64,000 bases of DNA from a bacterium. GTDB taxonomy: Bacteria; Bacillota; Limnochordia; DTU080; RSA5. Shown piece after piece: positions 51,844 through 61,238 of the stretch; position 1 is the stretch's first letter; each line of letters opens with the position of its first letter. The stretch is from assembly GCA_002919195.1 (NCBI GenBank), contig PKEU01000149.1, positions 8,130 to 72,129 of the forward strand. Direction: 5' to 3'. The notes below the pieces were generated by a model that ran no database searches, was not told the origin of the DNA, and saw only the letters and a list, made by a program, of their open reading frames with translations. Both the position numbers and the translations under genes were made by a program.

Positions 51844-52784
51844 AGATGAAGTTGCAACGGGGGCTTGGAGGTCGCCGGGGAGGCGGGCAACGCCGTTGCC
51901 GCCGGCCTGCGCTGGGCGGCTTCACCCCTTGCGCCGCGTTCGCTCGTTCGCGGAGGCTCCAACTTCGACAGGCGGGAGTCGATGCGGTGAGCGTACTCTT
52001 CGGGGGCGTAGACGCCCGGATACATGCGCCCGTACATTGAAAGCAACCGGGGCGCAAAGTCCTCCAGAAAACTGTAAAATACCTCTTTGACGCCCTCGTC
52101 GAGGCGCAAGACGCCCCACTGGACAAACCGGGCGCCACGGCGGAAAGCTTCGTCGACCAGGCGCTCGAGTTGGGGGCCGTCGGTAAGCCCCGGCAGGATC
52201 GGCGCCACCATGACGCCGGCGTGGATCCCGGCCTCCACGAGCCGGGATAGAGCCGCAAGCCTTTTTTCCGGAGGAGGCGTATCGGGCTCCAGCCTCTGGG
52301 CCAGCGCCTTGTCTAACGTGGTGATGCTCAAAAACACCTTGCAGCCCGGCCCGCGGCCAAGCTCGGACAGGAGATCGATATCGCGGAGGAGCATCGTGTT
52401 TTTGGTGATGATAGAGCAAGGTGTCCAGTAGTCGAGGAGCGCCTTGAGTATCGCTCGGGTGAGCCGGTATTTTCCTTCGACGGGCTGGTACGGGTCGACC
52501 GCGGTGCCGATCGCGACGTGCTCCCGCTGCCAGCTCTTTCTCGAAAGCTCCTGCCGGAGCACCTGAGGCGCATTGACCTTGACAAAGATCTTGTTTTCAA
52601 AGTCCGCTCCAGGATTGAGGTCAAAGAAGGTGTGGTACCGCCTCGCGTAGCAGTAGACGCACTTATGCTCGCATCCCCTGTAGGGATTGACCGACCACTT
52701 GAAGGGCATTTTCTGCGAGACCACCCGGTTGAGCACGCTCTTGCACTCGATCTCGATAATCTCTCGCTCAGGCCGCTGCGTCAT
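51834..52784 (-). CDS. radical SAM protein of the SplB/DNA-repair-photolyase family (COG1533)
   Basis: GCEHKCVYCYAR CxxxCxxC motif. Start ATG 52784 with GGAGGTG SD. P/A-rich C-terminal tail. Confidence 0.7.
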   Translation of the reverse strand: MTQRPEREIIEIECKSVLNRVVSQKMPFKWSVNPYRGCEHKCVYCYARRYHTFFDLNPGADFENKIFVKVNAPQVLRQELSRKSWQREHVAIGTAVDPYQPVEGKYRLTRAILKALLDYWTPCSIITKNTMLLRDIDLLSELGRGPGCKVFLSITTLDKALAQRLEPDTPPPEKRLAALSRLVEAGIHAGVMVAPILPGLTDGPQLERLVDEAFRRGARFVQWGVLRLDEGVKEVFYSFLEDFAPRLLSMYGRMYPGVYAPEEYAHRIDSRLSKLEPPRTSERGARGEAAQRRPAATALPASPATSKPPLQLHLQL

Positions 52785-52865
52785 GCCGCACCTCCAGAGA
52801 TTTGGGTCATGGCGTCTTGGTTCGCCCAAAACCAAACACTTGTTCGCCCAGGGGTATCCTAAGCA

Positions 52866-52914
52866 TAAAAAAAGCCGCCCCCGCTGTCAAGAGTTTCTGA
52901 CAACGAGGGCGTGC
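52866..52914 (-). terminator. rho-independent terminator downstream of nagB
   Basis: Imperfect ~12-bp hairpin (52876-52911). On the minus strand it is followed by a U7 tract (complement of the A-run 52867-52873). Confidence 0.45.
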
Positions 52915-52952
52915 CAAATCGCCTGCGGATCGGTAGGATCTGCCAGGGGCCG

Positions 52953-53678
52953 TCAGAGAAGTTTGGCGGCCTCCCGGTCGAGCAAGACGATCACATTGGG
53001 ATGCGTTTGCAACACCGAGGCGGGCACCTCGGGAGTGGGCGTTTCCTTGAGCGTGCGGCGGATCGCCTCGGCTTTGGAGGCGCCCTTCGCTAACAGGATG
53101 ATCTCGCGCGCGGCCATGATGTTGCGAATGCCCAAAGTGATCGCGTACCTGGGAACGGCTTCGGGGGAGCCAAACGCGGGCGCGTTGGCGATGCGGGTTG
53201 CTTCTGCAAGCTCGACCACATGGGTCACCGAATCAAAGGGGGTCCCAGGCTCGTTAAAACCGATGTGGCCGTTGGAGCCGATCCCCAACACTTGCGCATC
53301 GACGGGCCCGATCTCCCAATAAAGCTTTTCATACCGCTCCGCCTCTTGGACCGGATCGGGCGCTGCGCCGTTGGGTATGTGCCGATCCTCTGGCGCAATG
53401 TCGACCCAACGAAAGAGGTGCTCCTCCATAAAGGCCGCAAAACTCTCCGGGTGCTCCCGGCTCAGGCCCACGTACTCGTCAAGGTTGATGGCGCGCACAC
53501 CGGCGAAGCTGATCTGGCCGCGCCGGTGCATCGCCGCGAGCTCTCGATACATGCCGATGGGAGTATTCCCGGTCGCTAAGCCCAAGACCGCCCCGGGGCG
53601 CACCCGGGCGGCGAGCCACTCCGCGGCCTTACGGTCCAGTTCTTGTTCCGATTCGAAAATCTGTACATCAATCGCCAT
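52953..53678 (-). CDS. nagB: glucosamine-6-phosphate deaminase
   Basis: 241 aa; GLATGNTP, the DEYVGL ... GHIGFNEPG active-site pattern. Confidence 0.85.
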   Translation of the reverse strand: MAIDVQIFESEQELDRKAAEWLAARVRPGAVLGLATGNTPIGMYRELAAMHRRGQISFAGVRAINLDEYVGLSREHPESFAAFMEEHLFRWVDIAPEDRHIPNGAAPDPVQEAERYEKLYWEIGPVDAQVLGIGSNGHIGFNEPGTPFDSVTHVVELAEATRIANAPAFGSPEAVPRYAITLGIRNIMAAREIILLAKGASKAEAIRRTLKETPTPEVPASVLQTHPNVIVLLDREAAKLL

Positions 53679-53691
53679 GGCGTCCCTCCCG

Positions 53692-54462
53692 TCACATTCC
53701 CACAGCGTGGTAGCCAGCGTCGACGTGGAGCACCTCGCCGGTGACCCCCGAGGCGAGATCCGAGAGCAGGAAGAGCGCCGCTTTACCCACCTCTTCCTGC
53801 GTCACGTTGCGCCGGAGCGGGGCGCGCTCCGCGTGGAGCTTGAGCATTCCGGTAAAGCCCGACACTCCTCGCGCCGCGACCGTGTTGATCGGCCCGGCGG
53901 AAATGGCGTTGACCCGTATGCCCTCGGGGCCGAGGTCGCTGGCCAAGTACCGCACCGCGGACTCCAAAGCCGACTTGGCGACGCCCATGACGTTGTAATT
54001 CGGCACGGCCTTTTCCGCGCCGTAATAGGTCATCGCCACGATGCTGCCGCCGCCTTGCATCAGGGGACGCGCTCCCCGGGCCAGGGCGACCAATGAGTAA
54101 ACACTCACGTCCTGCGCAATGCGATAAGCCTCGCGCGCGGTGTTGACAAACTCCCCTTCCAGCGCTTCCTTGGGGGCAAAAGCGATGCTGTGCACCAAAA
54201 AGTCGAGCCGGCCAAACTCCTTTTCCAGCGTGCGAAAGAGCTCGTCGATCTGGCCGTCATCGGACACATCGCACGGGAGCACCAGGGGGTTGTCCAACTC
54301 GGCGGCGAGGGAGCGTACGCTTTCTTCGAACCGCTCGCCCTGGTAGGTCAAAGCCACCCTTGCTCCGGCTTGGCACACAACTTGGGTGATGCCCCAGGCG
54401 ATGCTCCGCTTGTTGGCGACGCCCAGGATAACACCCTTCTTTCCTTCCATCAATCCCGTCAA
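53692..54462 (-). CDS. fabI: enoyl-[acyl-carrier-protein] reductase (NADH)
   Basis: GVANKRSIAWGI NAD-binding motif, Y..K catalytic pair region (YNVMGVAKSALE), ~256 aa. Confidence 0.9.
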   Translation of the reverse strand: MTGLMEGKKGVILGVANKRSIAWGITQVVCQAGARVALTYQGERFEESVRSLAAELDNPLVLPCDVSDDGQIDELFRTLEKEFGRLDFLVHSIAFAPKEALEGEFVNTAREAYRIAQDVSVYSLVALARGARPLMQGGGSIVAMTYYGAEKAVPNYNVMGVAKSALESAVRYLASDLGPEGIRVNAISAGPINTVAARGVSGFTGMLKLHAERAPLRRNVTQEEVGKAALFLLSDLASGVTGEVLHVDAGYHAVGM

Positions 54463-54617
54463 AGCGACTGCCTCCCAACGGCCTCGAGTCTTAAGCCGTC
54501 AACCCGAGGTCATTTGCACGTTTGACACCACCCGATTCGTTGCTTCGCATAGGATTCCCTGCCCCCGACCTCGAAGCGTCCTTTCTATGTGTACTCTTGA
54601 TCGGGTGGGATCCGCGC

Positions 54618-55559
54618 ATGCAGATTGCCTACATCGTCAATCCAATCGCTGGTTCCGGCCGGGCCCAAAGGGTCTGGGCCAAGCTCGCGGCAAGACATCC
54701 CCACGTCGCCGAACATGCGCATTTCACCCGTGGTCCAGGCCACGGGGAAGAGATCGCTGCCCAGTTGGCGGAGGAGGGATGCGAAGCCGTGGTCGCGGTG
54801 GGCGGTGATGGCACCCTCCACGAGGTGCTCAACGGGGTGCTCCGGGCCACGTCGAAGCCCTGCGTTGGGGTCATTCCCGCCGGGACCGGCAACGACTTCG
54901 CCCGCAGCGTCTCGCTTCCGAGAGATCCCGAAAAAGCGCTCGAGGTCTGCCAGCGCGGCCAAGCGGAGCCCATTGACGTCGGCTTGGTCAACGGCAGGGC
55001 GTACATCAACGTCGCCGGGTTTGGCTTTGACGCCGCCGTCGCCGAAGAAGTGGCGAGCCGGTCCAACAAAGGAGCGACGGGCCCCATACCCTATTTGATG
55101 GCTGTCTTTCACCAGCTCGTCACTTTTCGCCCCCGCCAGCTTTCGATCCACATGGACGATCAAGTGATCGAGGCGCCGGTCCTCTTTGGCGCGGTAGGAA
55201 ACGGCTCGACCTACGGCGGGGGCATGAAAATCTGCCCGCGCGCCCGGGTGGACGACGGCCTCCTCGACCTGTGCGTCGCAGGCGACTTTGGACCTTTCGA
55301 AACCCTGGTCAACCTCCTCAAAGTGTTTCGCGGGTCGCACGTGACCCATCCCAAGTGTCAATACTTCCGGGCGCAGCGGGTCGTCGTCGACGGCGACCCT
55401 TCGGTGCGGGTCCACGCGGACGGGCAGCTCTTGGGCGGCTTGCCCGTCACATTTGAAATCCTCCCGCAAGCCGTCCGTTTCTTGATGGGCCCCGCATTCC
55501 AGCGGAGCCAAGAGGAGACTCGAAAAGAGTCAGAAAGGGATTTCCGGCTCCACGCCTAG
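54618..55559 (+). CDS. diacylglycerol/lipid kinase family protein (DagK/YegS/BmrU-like)
   Basis: Start ATG 54618 (MQIAYIVNPIAGSGRA). GGDGT motif (VAVGGDGTLHEV) of the DAGK catalytic domain. Confidence 0.75.
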   Translation: MQIAYIVNPIAGSGRAQRVWAKLAARHPHVAEHAHFTRGPGHGEEIAAQLAEEGCEAVVAVGGDGTLHEVLNGVLRATSKPCVGVIPAGTGNDFARSVSLPRDPEKALEVCQRGQAEPIDVGLVNGRAYINVAGFGFDAAVAEEVASRSNKGATGPIPYLMAVFHQLVTFRPRQLSIHMDDQVIEAPVLFGAVGNGSTYGGGMKICPRARVDDGLLDLCVAGDFGPFETLVNLLKVFRGSHVTHPKCQYFRAQRVVVDGDPSVRVHADGQLLGGLPVTFEILPQAVRFLMGPAFQRSQEETRKESERDFRLHA

Positions 55560-57269
55560 TCGCTCTAAGCTCGCCTCAAGGCATGCGACGTACTCCGGCG
55601 AGAGCAGCCCCCGAGCGCCGTCCAAGATCAACCCGGCATACTCGTCGGAAGGACGAATATCCTTCGGCGCTTTGTTGACCACCGTGTACGTCAGCACGGG
55701 TTCGAAGCGCACCCCCAGCGCTTCGACGTTGACCCATTCCCGCTGGTAGTGGCCGAGTGAGACGCCTTCCCGCTCGTCGAGCTCAGGCAGGTGGGCCCTG
55801 GAGATGCGATAGAGGATTCCCCTCACTTCGCCGCCCTGTTCAGGGACGATATCGGCCACGCCGCCTCCCCGGACCGCCGACCGGTGCGTAAAGCCGAGCC
55901 GGTAACCTTTGAGCACCGCTTCGCCGATGAGTTCAAATTTGGGAATCGTCTCCCGAAAGCTCGGCCGCGACATGCACGAACCGTAAGAAAAATACAGGAG
56001 GGTGCGCGGCCTCAGCCGCCTTTGCAGCGGGACGAGCTTGCCATCGCGGGTCAGCCTCCAAAGCAGCTCGACGGCGGACTCCCACTCGAGGCCAAACTCA
56101 ACGCTCAAACGCAACGCCATCTCCGCGAGCGTGCGTTCGCCGTCCGCCAAGGCGAAAAGGCGCTCTGAAAGCCCTCGCGAAAGCCCCGCAAGCCGCGGCC
56201 AAGCGCACGGCTGCTCCCGGCTGGTCATCGCCACGTAGTAGGCGTTGGGCAGGAACGATCGCCGTTCACCCAAAGGGGGAGGCCAGCGCCACGCACCGCC
56301 GGCTCTCAACCGGTCGCCGATCTCCCCAAACCTCCCGATTGCAGGGGGATTCACCTGCCGCCAGGCCGCCTCCAACTCCCGGCACCAGCCTGCGACCTCC
56401 TCCTCGGCGTCCGCGCCGGCGCCGAGAAGGCTCGCCAGCGGCCACAGACCTTGCAGAAAGGCTTCGACGACCATCGACTCGACTGCCTCTTTCGCCAGCA
56501 CGTCCGTAAGGGGATGCGCCTCGCTCTTTTTCCGGAGAAGGCCGGGAGCAGAGTGGAGGAACCAGCCGAGGATGGCAACGACCCCATCGATACCGGCGAA
56601 GCGCCACCAAAGCGCGGCCGCAAGCAACACCTCAGCCGCCGCGAGCTCCCCCCTCGATCCAGCACAGGCGACGCGCACCCTTCCGAGCGGTGGCACCCAT
56701 TGCGCTTTGGCATCCGCGGTGCGCTGGGCAAAAAAAGCGAGGACGGGAGCGAGGATGCCCCCGGTTTCTAAGTGCACCCCGCCCTCCTTTGGAAAAGATA
56801 CCTCCACCCTCTGCGCGTGAGAGAGGTTGTACCACCCTGGGGGGAAACGCGGCGAGATTGGCTCTTCTTCGCCGAGGAGAAACCGGACGGACCGGCGGGG
56901 ACGGGCTCCCGGATCCTTGGGGCGAGCAATCCGGTGAAAAGCGCTTGCCACCTTGAGCCACCAACGGAGCCCCAAAGCGGCCGTCCGGCGGGTGTGAAAG
57001 GGCACAGAAATCGAGGCGATCAAGTCGCTGAAGGACGCGGGCAGGAGCCACCGGGCTTCAAGCCAAAGGCGCGGGACCGCCCGGTCGCGCCGGAACCCGC
57101 CTCCAGCCCACACCGTCTTTCGAATCGGGAGGCTCCTCTCCCGGCATCGGTCGACCAATTGACAAAACGCTTCGCTCACCGGCGCGCCGCCCTCCAGCGA
57201 GAAGACCTCCTCGTGTTGCGCTTGGGCGAGCGACGATACGGCGTGGGCCAGGAAGTCCAGGGTGCACAC
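55530..57269 (-). CDS. multidomain protein: unassigned N-terminal ~340 aa + PqqD-like (RiPP-recognition-element-like) domain + gamma-glutamylcyclotransferase (GGCT/AIG2)-like C-terminal domain
   Basis: PqqD-like stretch LSRGLSERLFALADGERTLAEMALRLSVEFGLEWESAVELLWRLTRDGKLV. C-terminal LLYFSYGSCM...GEAVLKGYRLGF...YRI... resembles the GGCT/AIG2 fold (YGS motif, catalytic Glu region). 30-bp convergent overlap with the dagK 3' end. Confidence 0.5.
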   Translation of the reverse strand: MCTLDFLAHAVSSLAQAQHEEVFSLEGGAPVSEAFCQLVDRCRERSLPIRKTVWAGGGFRRDRAVPRLWLEARWLLPASFSDLIASISVPFHTRRTAALGLRWWLKVASAFHRIARPKDPGARPRRSVRFLLGEEEPISPRFPPGWYNLSHAQRVEVSFPKEGGVHLETGGILAPVLAFFAQRTADAKAQWVPPLGRVRVACAGSRGELAAAEVLLAAALWWRFAGIDGVVAILGWFLHSAPGLLRKKSEAHPLTDVLAKEAVESMVVEAFLQGLWPLASLLGAGADAEEEVAGWCRELEAAWRQVNPPAIGRFGEIGDRLRAGGAWRWPPPLGERRSFLPNAYYVAMTSREQPCAWPRLAGLSRGLSERLFALADGERTLAEMALRLSVEFGLEWESAVELLWRLTRDGKLVPLQRRLRPRTLLYFSYGSCMSRPSFRETIPKFELIGEAVLKGYRLGFTHRSAVRGGGVADIVPEQGGEVRGILYRISRAHLPELDEREGVSLGHYQREWVNVEALGVRFEPVLTYTVVNKAPKDIRPSDEYAGLILDGARGLLSPEYVACLEASLERLGVEPEIPF

Positions 57270-57336
57270 CCCCCAAGGGATACCTCTACTCTTTGCTATG
57301 TCCCAAGGGGGGCGCGCGTTCTATTCGAGGCTAGCT

Positions 57337-58341
57337 CTAGAGAGGGAGTTCGATAGGACGGCCTTCTTGATGGGATCGGGTCGCAGCTTCCATCAGCTCG
57401 GTCAGATCCCGGCCGTCTTGCAAAGAGATCTTGGGAGGCACACCCTCCTCGATCGCCGCAAGCCACTGGGAAAGAGGCGACGGATCCGCCTCAGGCAGCC
57501 GTGCAGGACGGATCCAGCCGTCGATCTTGCCTTGACCTGCCCGCGTGCGCACCCATACCCCGTCGTCGGGTCCGCCGACGAGGATCGCCCCTTCAGTCCC
57601 GTACACTTCCAGCGCAAAGGGGCTGTAGGTCGACACGAAGGAACTCTCGACGACCCCGAGCACCCCGCTTTCAAACTCGATGATGACCACTGAGTTATCA
57701 TCGACCTCGTACCGGTCGAAAAAGCGGGTAAAGCGGGCCGTCACCTTTTTGGGCTTACCGCCGATCCAGCGGGCCAAGTACATGGGATGGCATCCCAAGT
57801 CGATCATCGCGCCCCCGCCGCAAGCGACGGGGTCGAAGAAGTGAGGCGGCAGCCACCCATCGGATGCGCCGTTGTGGGCCATGCGGGTGCGCACCGACGT
57901 GACCTGGCCGATCAGGCCCTCGTCCGCCGCTTGCTTGGCATATTTGAAGCGCGGCTGTCCCCGAAAGGGAAACGATACGACAAAGTGGACACCCGCCTCC
58001 GCCGCCGCCCGTCCGATGCGGTCCACCTCTTCCACCGTCAGCGCGACGACTTTCTCCGTAAAGACGTGCCGGCGAGCGCGCAAAGCCGCCAGGATCACTT
58101 CGGTGTGCATCCGCGTCGGAGCGTCGACCACCACACCGTCGACGTCATCCCGAGAGACGGCCTTTTCCAAATCGGGCTCAAAAGGGACGCCCAGTTTTTC
58201 GGCCCATTCCCGGCCCCGCGCCTCGTCCTCGTCCCAGACCACCGTGATCCGGGCGTTGGGGTGCGACTGGACTTCCCTGGCGTATCCCGGGGCGTGGACG
58301 TGCCAAAAGCTCAACATCGCGACGTTGACCATGCTGTTCAC
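57337..58341 (-). CDS. Gfo/Idh/MocA family oxidoreductase
   Basis: Rossmann N-terminus and a C-terminal GFO_IDH_MocA_C-like domain. Confidence 0.8.
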   Translation of the reverse strand: MNSMVNVAMLSFWHVHAPGYAREVQSHPNARITVVWDEDEARGREWAEKLGVPFEPDLEKAVSRDDVDGVVVDAPTRMHTEVILAALRARRHVFTEKVVALTVEEVDRIGRAAAEAGVHFVVSFPFRGQPRFKYAKQAADEGLIGQVTSVRTRMAHNGASDGWLPPHFFDPVACGGGAMIDLGCHPMYLARWIGGKPKKVTARFTRFFDRYEVDDNSVVIIEFESGVLGVVESSFVSTYSPFALEVYGTEGAILVGGPDDGVWVRTRAGQGKIDGWIRPARLPEADPSPLSQWLAAIEEGVPPKISLQDGRDLTELMEAATRSHQEGRPIELPL

Positions 58342-58357
58342 CTCATTTCAAAATCGA

Positions 58358-58828
58358 TCAGCCCGAAGAGTCCTCTACCGGCTTGATAATATGGATCCAA
58401 TACTTTCCGTCAAAGTGGTCATATCTGATATGAAATCCCGTGTACTCGCTGATGTAGGAAGCCGATTCTTTCCAACCTTCCCGCACTTCCTCTTGGGTGA
58501 GACCCCATCGCTCCACCTCTTCTTTAAAGAGCTCTTCGATGGGGACGGCTACCAAGCTCACGCCTCGCTCATCAGCGAACACCCGGAATTCGTCGTCGAG
58601 CATGGGAGTATGCTGCTGAAAATTGAGGACAAACGCCTGAAAAACCCGCTCAATGTCGCCTTTCAGCTTTTCCCACTCGGTTTGGCGCTCCATGAAAAAC
58701 CGGACAAACTCGCCCGGATCCCTGCCGATGGACTTGGCATAACCCATCGCCGCGATGATGGTTTCAAAGAGATACGTCGGCCTTTGCGTCGCGAGCTCAC
58801 GCAGCGACCGCTTTCGGATCTCAAACAT
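58358..58828 (-). CDS. hypothetical protein (156 aa, acidic)
   Basis: ORF with good coding composition in an operon context; no recognised motif. Confidence 0.45.
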   Translation of the reverse strand: MFEIRKRSLRELATQRPTYLFETIIAAMGYAKSIGRDPGEFVRFFMERQTEWEKLKGDIERVFQAFVLNFQQHTPMLDDEFRVFADERGVSLVAVPIEELFKEEVERWGLTQEEVREGWKESASYISEYTGFHIRYDHFDGKYWIHIIKPVEDSSG

Positions 58829-58840
58829 CAGCTCCCCGCC

Positions 58841-59434
58841 CTACTCTGCCGCGCCTCGAGGAGAGCCAAACTCGCTGCGCAAGCGGCCGTGAATCTCTTC
58901 GAGCTTGTCCAACATCGCAGCGCACACATCGGCCAGCTGCTCCCACCAAGGCTCTTCGGAGATCATGGGCGCCGAGGTGTTGATCTCAAAGCGAAGGCAC
59001 TCGAGCCGGGCGTCCGCCGACGTCATGCTCACCTCGGCGACGACCCCTCCGTCATCGCCGAAAAAGGCCTCGGCGTGCCGCTTGATTTCAGCCGCCACCC
59101 CGCTCATCGCCTCGGTCGAGATGGAAAGGGTGGCAAAATGCAGGTGAAAGGCGGCGTTCATCATCACTTCAGCATCGGGATCTAGAGGCATGTCGGGATC
59201 GTAAACGTCGCCCTGCTCATGAATTTCTTCAAAGAGGGCCTGGTTTGCCGCCACCCACTCGAAGCTCACTTTCCCCCAGACCTCTCCTGGCTCGTCGTCA
59301 TGGTGGATCAACAGCTCGCAGCCGCGGGAGTTTGTCCCCAAAAAGACAGCTTCATCAATCGAGACTTGGAGCCCCTTGGACGTAATCGCGTCCACAAGGG
59401 TGTCTCGAAAACCTGCATAATCCAGCACATGCAC
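58841..59434 (-). CDS. hypothetical protein (197 aa, acidic)
   Basis: ORF with coding composition, tightly packed between neighbours; no recognised motif. Confidence 0.45.
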   Translation of the reverse strand: MHVLDYAGFRDTLVDAITSKGLQVSIDEAVFLGTNSRGCELLIHHDDEPGEVWGKVSFEWVAANQALFEEIHEQGDVYDPDMPLDPDAEVMMNAAFHLHFATLSISTEAMSGVAAEIKRHAEAFFGDDGGVVAEVSMTSADARLECLRFEINTSAPMISEEPWWEQLADVCAAMLDKLEEIHGRLRSEFGSPRGAAE

Positions 59435-59452
59435 GGTCTTGACACTCCCATC

Positions 59453-60637
59453 TCATCCGAAACAGTTGCCACGTGAGAGTTCCCCTCCTGGCCTTTGACT
59501 CCTGCGATCTGTATCGCGGGAGCGGCTGCAAATCGTCGCCAATGCCTGGGCCAGCGCCCTGGGCGCGCTGATGACCCCCTTGCCCTGAGCCTCCGGCAAG
59601 AGGCCGCGGAGGGGCTCGGCGCCTCGGAGAAGTGCCTCCCGCAACCACGCGCCGGCACGGTCCCCAGAAAAACGGGCTGCAGCCAGCAACAGCGCCGCCA
59701 CGCCGGCAACATGCGGAGCCGCCATCGAGGTTCCGTCGAGCCGCCGGTAACCGTCGCGAAGCCAAGTCGAATAGATATCTTTCCCAGGCGCAACGACGTC
59801 CAGTCCTGCACCGCGGCTCGAAAACGAAGCGACACCGCCGGACGGATCGCACGCGCCCACCGCCAGCGCGCTCTCGTAAGCAGCGGGATACTCCAGCGTT
59901 TGGGGGCTCGGGCCTGAGTTGCCCGCGGCAGCCACCACCAGGACACCCGCGGCCGCCGCTTGATCGACGGCCTTTTTGAGCAGAGGATGAGGCACGGGCG
60001 TTCCCAGGCTGAGGTTGGCGATGGGTGCGCCCTTTTTGACGCACCAGTCGAGCCCATCAATGATGTCAGACAGGCGGCCGGAACCGTCGTCGCCTAGCAC
60101 TTTCACCGCCAAGAGGGAGGCCTTCGGAGCCACTCCGTAAACTCCGCCCGGAACACCGCACCCTGCGACGATACCCGCCACGTGGGTACCGTGACCGTTG
60201 TGGTCCTCATCGCTGCCTCCCACCGCGTTATACACAGCGCGAAGCCTCGGCGCAAGATCAGGGTGATCGAAGCTGATCCCCGTATCAAGAATCGCGACCG
60301 CCACGTCTTCACCCCGGGTGAGCCGCCAGATCTGGGGCGCCCCGATCCGCCGCACACCCCAGGGGACGACACCGCAACACTGCTCGACGCGCAAGGGCCT
60401 CCAAGGCCGTGCGACGACCGCGCCAATGGCCCGGACGGGAATGTCGTCCTCGATCCCTTCCACGCCATGGCGACGCCCGAGCAGCGAGCACCGCTCTTGA
60501 TCCAATCCCTCCACGACGAGGGCGCGGATCAGCGACAGCCTCTTGACCACCCGGCCGCCCAAGCGGACGACGGCCCTGCAACACTCCTCCTCGACTGCTT
60601 CCGGCGCGAGGATGACAAGGTTCCTTTGCGGCCTCAC
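59453..60637 (-). CDS. S8 family subtilisin-like serine peptidase with N-terminal I9 inhibitor/propeptide domain, no signal peptide
   Basis: Catalytic triad motifs ILDTGI (Asp), HGTHVAG (His), GTSMAAPHVAG (Ser). I9-like N-terminal ~70 aa. GTG start with GAGGAGG 8 nt upstream. The N-terminus is not hydrophobic. Confidence 0.8.
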   Translation of the reverse strand: MRPQRNLVILAPEAVEEECCRAVVRLGGRVVKRLSLIRALVVEGLDQERCSLLGRRHGVEGIEDDIPVRAIGAVVARPWRPLRVEQCCGVVPWGVRRIGAPQIWRLTRGEDVAVAILDTGISFDHPDLAPRLRAVYNAVGGSDEDHNGHGTHVAGIVAGCGVPGGVYGVAPKASLLAVKVLGDDGSGRLSDIIDGLDWCVKKGAPIANLSLGTPVPHPLLKKAVDQAAAAGVLVVAAAGNSGPSPQTLEYPAAYESALAVGACDPSGGVASFSSRGAGLDVVAPGKDIYSTWLRDGYRRLDGTSMAAPHVAGVAALLLAAARFSGDRAGAWLREALLRGAEPLRGLLPEAQGKGVISAPRALAQALATICSRSRDTDRRSQRPGGELSRGNCFG

Positions 60638-60735
60638 GTCGCACCCCTCCTCGATCCTTCCGGTGACGGCTATGCAGCAAGATACGGAAGGAGCTCCTAC
60701 GGGGTGCCGATCACGCGGTCCGCGACGGCCGCGTT

Positions 60736-61230
60736 TTAATCCGTAGAGGTGCTTTGCTCCTTTTGGGCTTCGGCCGCCGAACGGGCCAACCGGTCGCAGC
60801 GCTCGTTAAACTCGTGGCCCGCGTGCCCTTTCACCTTCGTCCACGTAATTTGGTGAATCTTCGAAAGCTCCAGGAGCCGCTCCCAAAGATCGCGATTTTC
60901 TACGTCCTTTTTATCGCTCCGGCGCCATCCCGTCGCTTGCCACCGGTCAAACCAGCGTTCCCGGAAAGCGTTGATCAAATAGGCGCTGTCGGAGTAGAGC
61001 GTCACCTTGCACGGACGCTTGAGCGCCTCAAGGCCCTTGATCGCCGCCGTGAGCTCCATCCGCTGATTGGTCGTCTGCGGCTCTCCTCCCGAGAGCTCCT
61101 TTTCGTGGTTGCCATAGCGCAAGATCGCGCCCCATCCGCCGGGGCCGGGATTGCCCAGGCAGGCGCCGTCGGTGTAGATCTCGACGTGAGGTTGACCGGA
61201 ACCATTCAATACCATGGATGCCTCCGTCAC
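60736..61230 (-). CDS. rnhA: ribonuclease HI
   Basis: VEIYTDGAC...GWG ... TNQRMEL ... YSDSAYLIN ... [16 protein letters not shown], canonical RNase H DEDD residues. Confidence 0.8.
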   Translation of the reverse strand: MTEASMVLNGSGQPHVEIYTDGACLGNPGPGGWGAILRYGNHEKELSGGEPQTTNQRMELTAAIKGLEALKRPCKVTLYSDSAYLINAFRERWFDRWQATGWRRSDKKDVENRDLWERLLELSKIHQITWTKVKGHAGHEFNERCDRLARSAAEAQKEQSTSTD

Positions 61231-61238
61231 AACGCTGA

